A DNA stretch of 64,000 bases from NCBI RefSeq assembly GCF_003334315.1, contig NZ_QOWR01000009.1; one strand, 5' to 3'. The notes under the pieces were generated by a model. It was not told the DNA's origin. It did not search any database and saw only the letters and a list, made by a program, of their open reading frames with translations. This DNA is from Escherichia coli. Its GTDB lineage: Bacteria; Pseudomonadota; Gammaproteobacteria; Enterobacterales; Enterobacteriaceae. Numbering within the stretch: position 1 is the stretch's first letter; the number at the start of each line of letters is the position of its first letter. Positions 53,252 through 64,000 of the stretch are shown here, piece after piece. The translations under genes and the position numbers were made by a program.

Positions 53252-54688
53252 TCAGCGTTTGTAACCCCCGCCCAACGCACCAGTGAGTTGAATGGAGGCA
53301 TCCAGCCACTGCCCTTGCAATAACAGGCCATTGGCCCGCTCACGCAGCGCGGGGATTCTGGCTTCGCTGACGCGGGAACCAGCAATGATGCCCGCGTTAA
53401 AGCGCGCCTGCGCAAGACCTACCACACGCAAGGCATCGCGCTCAATTTGCGCCTGATGCTGGTTTTTCTCCGCCAGTGTCTGAACCTGACTGGCTGCCCG
53501 CGCCACGTCATTCACCGCTTCAACCACCGCTTTGTTGTAGCTGGCGATAGACAAGTTGCTTTCGGCTTTTGCGATATCGAGATTGGCGTTAAGACGACCA
53601 CTATCGAAAATGGGTAGCGTCAGGCCTGCCGTAACGCCCATTTGCTGCGCGGAATGACGGAACAGATCGCTTAAGTGCAACGCATCCTGTTGCAGGAAGG
53701 CCATCAGGTTGATGTCAGGATAAAATGCCGCTTTTGCCGCATCAATGGTGCTTAGCGATGACTCAACGTACCAGTGCGCCGCCTGCAAATCTGCCCGCCG
53801 GGCCAGTAAGGAGTACCCCAGTTCATCAGGAAGCTGGCTTGCCACTTTCGGCAACGCGACCGGTTTAAGCTTCAATGACTTTGTCTGGTTATTTGTAAGT
53901 GCGCTTAACCGTGCCTCAATAATTTTCATTTTCCCCGCGACATCGTTGAGCTGCTGCCGGGTTTTGCTGGCATTAATATCGGTTTCCACACCTTCAACTG
54001 AAGAAGTAATCCCGTTCTGATATAGCTGGCGATCGGTCGCGATAATGGTGTTCTGCTCTTTTTCTATTTGCTGCAAGACCGTGTTTAACGCCGCCTGGGT
54101 TTGCCACTCCCAGTACAGGCGGGCTACGCTGCCAGCCAGCAATTGGCGGGTTTGCTCGCGTTCCGCCGCCCGTGCTTTAACCGTACCCAGGCGGGCAGTA
54201 ACCTCCGCCCGATTCTTTCCCCAGATATCGAGATGCCAGCCCGCCGTTAAGCCAAAAGTACCGTTGGTGTACCACGGGCCGGTCGTACCTGCGGCCGGAT
54301 CGTTCAGAGCAAACGGCCCCATTAAGCCTTCTGCCGACATTTTTTGCCGCTCCATATCCGCCGAAAAGTCGATCTGCGGACCATCCTGAGTGGCAACTGC
54401 CTTCGCCTGGGCTTCAGCTAGCTGAATGCGCTGTTCAGCCACCTGCATATCCGGTGCGTTCTGTAGTGCATTGTTAATTAAGGAAGTGAGTTGATTATCG
54501 TGATACTCCAGCCACCATTGGCTGTCTGGCCAACCATTTTTCAGCGCCGTGGGTAATGCGGTGTCAACTTGTGCAGCGGGCGTTTGCTGGCTTAACGCCT
54601 GGCGGGTTTCATGCATAGGCGCACACCCGGCCAGCATCAGTAACAGCGGAAAACAGGCGATGGCTGGATAAAAGGAATCACGATTCAT
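53252..54688 (-). CDS. mdtQ: Outer-membrane efflux lipoprotein (OMF/TolC-like), intact
   Basis: 478 aa from MNRDSFYPAIACFPLLLMLAGC (lipobox); no internal stops. Confidence 0.8.
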   Translation of the reverse strand: MNRDSFYPAIACFPLLLMLAGCAPMHETRQALSQQTPAAQVDTALPTALKNGWPDSQWWLEYHDNQLTSLINNALQNAPDMQVAEQRIQLAEAQAKAVATQDGPQIDFSADMERQKMSAEGLMGPFALNDPAAGTTGPWYTNGTFGLTAGWHLDIWGKNRAEVTARLGTVKARAAEREQTRQLLAGSVARLYWEWQTQAALNTVLQQIEKEQNTIIATDRQLYQNGITSSVEGVETDINASKTRQQLNDVAGKMKIIEARLSALTNNQTKSLKLKPVALPKVASQLPDELGYSLLARRADLQAAHWYVESSLSTIDAAKAAFYPDINLMAFLQQDALHLSDLFRHSAQQMGVTAGLTLPIFDSGRLNANLDIAKAESNLSIASYNKAVVEAVNDVARAASQVQTLAEKNQHQAQIERDALRVVGLAQARFNAGIIAGSRVSEARIPALRERANGLLLQGQWLDASIQLTGALGGGYKR

Positions 54689-54911
54689 GGGGGAATAATC
54701 AGGTAAGAAAAGGTGCGCGGAGATTACCGTGTGTTGCGATATATTTTTTAGTTTCGCGTGGCAATACATCAGTGGCAATAAAACGACATATCCAGAAAAA
54801 TATACACTAAGTGAATGATATCTTCCGATTTATCTTAATCGTTTATGGATAACGGCAAAGGGCTTCGTTTTTTCCTATACTTATTCAGCACTCACAAATA
54901 AAGGAACGCCA

Positions 54912-54995
54912 ATGAAAATTATACTCTGGGCTGTATTGATTATTTTCCTGATTGGGCTACTGGTGGTGACTGGCGTATTTAAGATGATATTTTAA
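54912..54995 (+). CDS. yohP: Small membrane protein (27 aa)
   Basis: MKIILWAVLIIFLIGLLVVTGVFKMIF with a GGAA Shine-Dalgarno-like sequence upstream. Confidence 0.7.
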   Translation: MKIILWAVLIIFLIGLLVVTGVFKMIF

Positions 54996-55079
54996 AATTA
55001 ATTAATGTCATCAGGTCCGAAAATAACGAGAATATTTCAGTCTCTCATCCTGTTGCGCTCCTGTCATGTGCATTGCTTC

Positions 55080-55330
55080 ATATAATCACTGGCGCAAGGA
55101 GCGCGCAGGGGGCGGCCAATCGCCGCCGCCCCCTGCACCCCCGGGCTCTGGCGAACAAAATCGCCGCTGCGCGGTGCCCTCGACTTATCCCTTACGGCTA
55201 CCGGGTCGGGCGCGAGGTAACATCCCTGTAAAACGCGCCCTCAGCCCACATCCATGTGGGCTGCCCCGGCCTTCAGGGAACGCCTCGGCAATTTTGACGC
55301 CACCAAACAACCGTGCGGCCTATTGATAAA
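55080..55330. repeat. GC-rich, highly palindromic non-coding island (unclassified intergenic repeat or structured element)
   Basis: Perfect 11-bp stem CAGGGGGCGGC/GCCGCCCCCTG at 55106..55135; 8-bp stem AGCCCACA/TGTGGGCT at 55243..55262; G+C is far above the flanking sequence. Confidence 0.4.
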
Positions 55331-55367
55331 GAGCTAACACATTGTCAAAAAACATCACTATGGTTTT

Positions 55368-56315
55368 TTAGAGTTTCTCGATATCAATTGCCTGAATAGC
55401 CCTTGCAATATCAGGGGAATTATTCAACACCCGAACATGCTGAAATAATTCCGTTGCTTCATCGTATTCTTTACGCAAATAACTCAACCACTGTTTAATC
55501 CGCGCAACGTGATATAACCCGGTATCGCCCTGCTTTTCCAGACGGGTATATTTTTGCAGCAAAGCAACCACCTCCGGCCACGGCATTCGCGGTTCGTTAT
55601 ATTTTACCACCCGGCTCAGGTTGGGAATATTGAGCGCCCCGCGACCAATCATCACTGCGTCGCAGCCGCTGATCGCCATGCATTGTTGCGCGCTCTGCCA
55701 GTCCCAGATTTCACCGTTGGCAATCACCGGAATATTCAGCCGCTGGCGAATATCGCCAATCGCCTGCCAGTCAATATGCTCCGCGCGGTAACCCTGCTCT
55801 TTCGTCCGCCCATGCACCACCAGCTCCGTAGCACCAGCCTGTTGAACCGCATCGGCGATTTCAAATTTCTTCTCACCGCTGTCCCAGCCCAGACGCACTT
55901 TCACGCTGACGGGCAAATGCGCCGGTACAGCTTCACGCATCGCTTTTGCACCCTGGTAGATGAGTTCAGGATCTTTGAGTAACGTCGCCCCGCCGCCGCT
56001 ACCGTTAACCGTTTTCGACGGGCAGCCGCAATTGAGATCCACGCCCCAGGAACCTAACTCCACCGCACGGGCGGCGTTCTCTGCCAGCCATTGTGGGAAC
56101 TGACCTAACAACTGCACGCGCACCAGCGTACCAGATGGTGTCCGGCTGGCGTTTTGTAGCTCAGGGCAAATGCGATGAAAGACTTTTACCGGCAGCAGTT
56201 GATCCACCACGCGGACAAACTCGGTGATGCACAGATCGTAGTCGTTAACTTCGGTCAGCAATTCACGCACCAGAGAGTCAAGCACTCCCTCCATCGGTGC
56301 CAGTAACACACGCAT
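55368..56315 (-). CDS. dusC: tRNA-dihydrouridine(16) synthase
   Basis: 315 aa from [13 protein letters not shown]. Confidence 0.9.
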
Positions 56316-56517
56316 ATCATCACCCGCAAAAAAATGAGGCGCTATGTTAGCGCCTATGGTCAGCGGATTAAAGGTCTGCAAAGAGGGATTGCTGCAAACT
56401 GCAATCCCTCTCTATGCTTGATGTATGCCTGAGTTCGCTGCGCATTGCGTAATGCCGGGGAGCGAAAAAATAAGCGCTGATTTCTTAATGTGATCGGTAG
56501 CACGTTTTACGAATTAA

Positions 56518-57644
<1,127 letters not shown>

Positions 57645-57773
57645 AATTTGCGATGCGTCGCGCATTTTTGATGTATGTTTCACGCGTTGCATAATTAATG
57701 AGATTCAGATCACATATAAAGCCACAACGGGTTCGTAAACTGTTATCCCATTACATGATTATGAGGCAACGCC

Positions 57774-59769
<1,996 letters not shown>

Positions 59770-59962
59770 TATTCCCCTCTCCAGTTAATTATTGAGAATA
59801 ATTATTACTTCACCTGATAAGCTGCGGATATCACATTCCTAACCGCAGCTATTTGTGAATCTTTTCACAGTTTAAATTCCCCCGCACGCTTAGCCTTAAT
59901 ATCAGTACATTATTATTTACTAAACGCTCGCCTTAATTACCTATAGCATTAAGGAAGATCAC

Positions 59963-61201
59963 ATGCCGCAACAAAATTATCTGGATGAACTCACTCCGGC
60001 TTTTACGTCTTTACTGGCGATTAAAGAAGCCTCTCGCTGTTTATTATGTCACGACGCTCCCTGTAGTCAGGCTTGCCCGGCACAGACCGATCCGGGGAAA
60101 TTTATTCGCTCAATCTACTTTCGTAATTTTAAAGGCGCTGCCGAGACAATTCGCGAAAATAATGCCCTCGGTGCCGTTTGTGCCAGAGTGTGCCCGACGG
60201 AGAAATTATGCCAAAGCGGTTGTACCCGTGCCGGTGTTGATGCTCCCATTGATATCGGCCGCTTACAGCGTTTTGTTACTGATTTTGAACAACAAACCGG
60301 AATGGAAATTTATCAGCCCGGTACTAAAACGCTCGGCAAAGTCGCGATTATTGGCGCAGGTCCTGCCGGATTGCAGGCCAGTGTGACACTGACAAACCAG
60401 GGTTATGACGTCACGATTTATGAGAAAGAAGCGCACCCCGGTGGCTGGTTGCGTAACGGTATTCCGCAATTCCGGTTACCGCAATCAGTGCTGGATGCAG
60501 AGATCGCCCGTATTGAAAAAATGGGCGTGACCATTAAGTGCAACAACGAAGTCGGTAACACACTCACCCTTGAGCAGCTGAAAGCAGAAAACCGCGCGGT
60601 ACTGGTCACCGTGGGGTTATCAAGCGGTTCCGGGCTACCGCTGTTTGAGCATAGTGACGTTGAGATTGCCGTCGACTTCTTGCAACGTGCACGACAGGCG
60701 CAAGGCGATATCAGCATTCCACAAAGCGCATTAATTATCGGCGGCGGTGATGTCGCGATGGACGTAGCCAGCACGCTGAAAGTTCTCGGCTGTCAGGCGG
60801 TAACTTGCGTAGCGCGTGAAGAGTTAGATGAGTTTCCGGCAAGCGAAAAAGAGTTTACCAGCGCCCGGGAGCTGGGCGTTTCGATCATCGATGGATTCAC
60901 GCCAGTAGCCGTGGAAGGCAATAAAGTCACGTTTAAGCATGTACGGTTATCGGGCGAACTGACGATGGCGGCAGATAAAATTATTCTCGCCGTCGGTCAG
61001 CATGCCAGACTAGATGCCTTTGCGGAGTTAGAGCCGCAGCGTAACACCATCAAAACACAAAATTACCAGACCCGCGACCCGCAAGTCTTTGCTGCTGGCG
61101 ATATTGTTGAGGGTGACAAAACCGTGGTCTATGCCGTGAAAACCGGGAAAGAAACCGCCGAGGCGATTCATCACTATTTAGAGGGAGCTTGCTCATGTTA
61201 A
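59963..61201 (+). CDS. preT: NAD-dependent dihydropyrimidine dehydrogenase subunit PreT
   Basis: 412 aa; Cys clusters for an Fe-S centre and an FAD/NAD Rossmann motif (IIGAGPAG). Confidence 0.9.
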   Translation: MPQQNYLDELTPAFTSLLAIKEASRCLLCHDAPCSQACPAQTDPGKFIRSIYFRNFKGAAETIRENNALGAVCARVCPTEKLCQSGCTRAGVDAPIDIGRLQRFVTDFEQQTGMEIYQPGTKTLGKVAIIGAGPAGLQASVTLTNQGYDVTIYEKEAHPGGWLRNGIPQFRLPQSVLDAEIARIEKMGVTIKCNNEVGNTLTLEQLKAENRAVLVTVGLSSGSGLPLFEHSDVEIAVDFLQRARQAQGDISIPQSALIIGGGDVAMDVASTLKVLGCQAVTCVAREELDEFPASEKEFTSARELGVSIIDGFTPVAVEGNKVTFKHVRLSGELTMAADKIILAVGQHARLDAFAELEPQRNTIKTQNYQTRDPQVFAAGDIVEGDKTVVYAVKTGKETAEAIHHYLEGACSC

Positions 61202-62430
61202 CGAAAGATCTTTCGATTACTTTTTGCGGCGTGAAGTTTCCCAACCCGTTCTGCCTCTCTTCTTCGCCGGTAGGCAACTGCTATGAGATGTGTGCCAAAG
61301 CCTACGACACAGGTTGGGGCGGTGTGGTGTTTAAAACGATCGGCTTTTTTATCGCCAACGAAGTCTCGCCGCGTTTTGATCATCTGGTGAAAGAAGATAC
61401 CGGTTTTATCGGCTTCAAAAATATGGAGCAGATTGCTGAACATCCGTTGGAAGAGAATCTGGCCGCCCTGCGTCGGCTGAAGGAAGATTACCCGGACAAA
61501 GTATTGATCGCTTCGATCATGGGGGAAAATGAGCAGCAATGGGAGGAGCTGGCGCGCCTGGTGCAAGAAGCTGGCGCGGATATGATCGAGTGTAACTTCT
61601 CCTGTCCGCAAATGACTTCTCATGCGATGGGTAGCGATGTCGGGCAAAGCCCGGAGCTGGTAGAAAAATATTGTCGGGCAGTGAAACGGGGTTCCACGCT
61701 GCCAATGCTGGCGAAGATGACGCCGAATATCGGTGATATGTGCGAAGTGGCGCTGGCGGCGAAGCGCGGCGGCGCAGATGGCATTGCGGCGATTAACACC
61801 GTTAAATCCATCACCAATATCGATCTTAATCAGAAAATCGGTATGCCGATCGTTAACGGAAAATCGAGTATTTCCGGATATTCCGGTAAAGCGGTAAAAC
61901 CGATCGCCCTGCGCTTCATTCAGCAAATGCGCACCCATCCAGAACTGCGCGATTTCCCAATCAGCGGTATCGGCGGCATTGAAACCTGGGAGGATGCGGC
62001 TGAGTTTTTATTGCTCGGCGCAGCAACGTTACAGGTGACCACCGGCATCATGCAGTACGGGTATCGGATAGTGGAAGATATGGCAAGCGGGTTGTCGCAT
62101 TATCTCGCCGATCAGGGATTTGATTCGCTGCAGGAGATGGTAGGTCTGGCGAATAACAATATTGTCCCGGCGGAAGATTTAGACCGCAGTTATATTGTCT
62201 ATCCCCGTATCAATCTTGATAAATGTGTTGGCTGTGGACGCTGTTATATTTCCTGTTACGACGGCGGTCACCAGGCGATGGAATGGAGCGAGAAAACCCG
62301 CACACCGCATTGTAATACCGAGAAATGTGTGGGTTGTCTGCTTTGTGGTCACGTCTGCCCGGTGGGTTGTATTGAGCTCGGGGAAGTGAAGTTTAAGAAA
62401 GGCGAGAAAGAACACCCGGTAACGTTGTAA
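61195..62430 (+). CDS. preA: NAD-dependent dihydropyrimidine dehydrogenase subunit PreA
   Basis: 411 aa; dihydroorotate-dehydrogenase-like fold; C-terminal 4Fe-4S ferredoxin motifs (CVGCGRC, CVGCLLC). Confidence 0.9.
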   Translation: MLTKDLSITFCGVKFPNPFCLSSSPVGNCYEMCAKAYDTGWGGVVFKTIGFFIANEVSPRFDHLVKEDTGFIGFKNMEQIAEHPLEENLAALRRLKEDYPDKVLIASIMGENEQQWEELARLVQEAGADMIECNFSCPQMTSHAMGSDVGQSPELVEKYCRAVKRGSTLPMLAKMTPNIGDMCEVALAAKRGGADGIAAINTVKSITNIDLNQKIGMPIVNGKSSISGYSGKAVKPIALRFIQQMRTHPELRDFPISGIGGIETWEDAAEFLLLGAATLQVTTGIMQYGYRIVEDMASGLSHYLADQGFDSLQEMVGLANNNIVPAEDLDRSYIVYPRINLDKCVGCGRCYISCYDGGHQAMEWSEKTRTPHCNTEKCVGCLLCGHVCPVGCIELGEVKFKKGEKEHPVTL

Positions 62431-62439
62431 AACCAGAGA

Positions 62440-62640
62440 CGCATCCGGCATTTGGTTCCTGTCGCCGGATGCGGCTTGAACGCCTTATCCGGCCTACAAA
62501 ACCATACAAATCAGTATGTTGAGCTTATTGTAGGCCGGATAAAACGCGCCAGCGTTGCATCCGGCATTTGGCTCCTGTTGCCGGATGCGGCGTGAACGCC
62601 TTATCCGGCCTACAAAACCACACAGATCATGATGTTATGT
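62440..62640. repeat. Cluster of REP elements (BIME)
   Basis: Repeated GCCGGATGCGGC(G/T)TGAACGCCTTATCCGGCCTACAAA units in alternating orientation. Confidence 0.75.
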
Positions 62641-62672
62641 GCGTTTATGACCGAATGCGGACCACATTCACA

Positions 62673-63683
62673 TCATTTCTTACGCGCGTATTTCAGTGAA
62701 TCCAGCGCTACGGCGAAGATAATAATCGCCCCTTTGATGATATACTGCCAGTATGGGTTTACGCCGATATACGTCAGGCCATAGTTGATGACGGTAAAAA
62801 TAATTACCCCGGTCACCACGCCAATCACCGTCCCCACACCGCCGCTGAACGATACACCGCCTACCACGCACGCCGCGATAGCATCCAGCTCATACATAAA
62901 GCCGAGGTTGTTGGTGGCAGAGCCGATACGTCCGGCTTCTAACATCCCGCCAAAGGCATAGAACACGCCAGACAACGCGTAGATCATCAGCAGGTTCAGG
63001 CCGACGTTGACACCAGATACTTTTGCCGCTTCCGGGTTACCGCCAATGGCAAAAATGTTCTTACCGAAGCGGGTTTTGTTCCACAACACCCAGACGAACG
63101 CCACCGCAATCAACGCGTAGAAGGTGATGTAAGAGAGACGGAAACTCCCCAGCGCGACAAAGCCCTGAGCAAAGGTAGAGAAGCCACTGTCAAAACCAGA
63201 AATTGGCGACGCCCCGACAAAGTCGTAATAGAGCGAGTTGATGCCATAGACGATGATCATCGTGCCGAGCGTGGTAATGAACGGCGTCACGTTGAGATAA
63301 GCGATAATCAGACCGTTGATCAAACCGATCACCGCACCAATGGCACAGACAATCAGAATAACCAGCGCAATCGGCATCGTCGCCATTTCCGGGAACACTT
63401 TGTTGGCGTTATCCATGGACTGCAATAATGTCGCAGCCACCACTGCCGCCAGCCCTACCTGACGACCAGCAGAAAGATCGGTCCCCTGGGTGACAATTAA
63501 CCCTGCCACACCGAGCGCGATAATAATACGCACCGATGACTGGGTGAGAATATTACTTAAGTTCAACAGACTTAAAAATGTTGGGTCCTGGAAAATAATA
63601 ATCGCCAGCAAAACTAAAAGAACGACGTAAATACCGCCCTCTTTCAGGTAAGTAAGAAAACTTTTCTTATTTAACGCACTCAT
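62673..63683 (-). CDS. mglC: Galactose/methyl-galactoside ABC transporter permease
   Basis: 336-aa polytopic permease. Confidence 0.9.
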   Translation of the reverse strand: MSALNKKSFLTYLKEGGIYVVLLVLLAIIIFQDPTFLSLLNLSNILTQSSVRIIIALGVAGLIVTQGTDLSAGRQVGLAAVVAATLLQSMDNANKVFPEMATMPIALVILIVCAIGAVIGLINGLIIAYLNVTPFITTLGTMIIVYGINSLYYDFVGASPISGFDSGFSTFAQGFVALGSFRLSYITFYALIAVAFVWVLWNKTRFGKNIFAIGGNPEAAKVSGVNVGLNLLMIYALSGVFYAFGGMLEAGRIGSATNNLGFMYELDAIAACVVGGVSFSGGVGTVIGVVTGVIIFTVINYGLTYIGVNPYWQYIIKGAIIIFAVALDSLKYARKK

Positions 63684-63698
63684 GGGAAGCCCCTAATC

Positions 63699-64000
63699 TT
63701 AAAGGTGCAAAGACGCAAGACGCAGAATTTCGTTTTGCGTTGTTGTTTTTGTATCGACAATTCCGGAAACGAGACCATTGCTCATGACCAGAATACGGTC
63801 TGTTATCCCTAACAACTCAGGCATTTCAGAGGAGATAATAATAATCCCCTTGCCTTTCTTCGCCAGTTCGGCAATTAACTGATAAATTTCAAACTTCGCC
63901 CCGACATCAATACCGCGCGTCGGTTCATCGAGCATTAATATTTCTGGTTGCGTTAGTAGCCAGCGACCAATAATCACCTTTTGCTGATTACCACCGGAGA
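63699..64000 (-). CDS. mglA: Galactose/methyl-galactoside ABC transporter ATP-binding protein, 5'-truncated by the window edge (only the C-terminal ~100 codons are present)
   Basis: C-terminal sequence ...[53 protein letters not shown]... (second ABC domain); the gene start lies beyond position 64000. Confidence 0.85.
   Translation of the reverse strand, partial: SGGNQQKVIIGRWLLTQPEILMLDEPTRGIDVGAKFEIYQLIAELAKKGKGIIIISSEMPELLGITDRILVMSNGLVSGIVDTKTTTQNEILRLASLHL

Noticed and set aside
55066-55326. 86-aa ORF rich in Pro, Gly and Arg
   Set aside because: It falls wholly inside the GC-rich palindromic island and has no ribosome-binding site; the amino-acid composition is what GC-rich repeat DNA produces. 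Treated as non-coding.
62440-62640. Possible CRISPR array, because of regularly repeated about 35-bp units
   Set aside because: The units are canonical REP palindromes (GCCGGATGCGGCG...TTATCCGGCCTACAAA) in alternating orientation with no unique spacers of constant length; this is a BIME cluster, not CRISPR.

Overview
This window is a contiguous stretch of Escherichia coli chromosome, read by eye from the sequence and the supplied ORF track; no searches or computations were run. Gene order is rbtD'-rbtK-rbtT / fbaB / yegTUV / yegW-yegX / thiD-thiM / rcnR-rcnA-rcnB / yehABCD fimbrial operon / yehE / mrp / metG / molR-yehI-yehK / yehLMPQ / yehR / yehS / btsSR / mlrA / yohO / osmF-yehYXW / bglX / dld / pbpG / yohC / yohD / yohF / mdtQ / yohP / dusC / yohJK / cdd / sanA / yeiS / preTA / mglC-mglA'. 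It is not K-12: a ribitol (rtl/rbt) locus sits next to fbaB where K-12 has the gat operon, and molR and mdtQ (both pseudogenes in K-12) are intact. I found no rRNA, tRNA, CRISPR array, IS element or prophage. The part most worth attention is the functionally uncharacterised molR-yehI-yehK-yehLMPQ block (about 22.4-37.0 kb). It encodes a WGR-domain giant protein and its tandem paralogue, followed by a MoxR-type AAA+ ATPase, a large unknown protein, a VWA/MIDAS protein and a double-SWIM zinc-finger protein. In this sequence yehL carries a frameshift and yehM an in-frame amber stop, while molR is intact, which is the reverse of the K-12 pattern as I recall it. Gene starts were set from ORF-track arithmetic against remembered K-12 protein lengths and may be off by a few codons; hairpin coordinates were counted by hand and may be off by a base or two.
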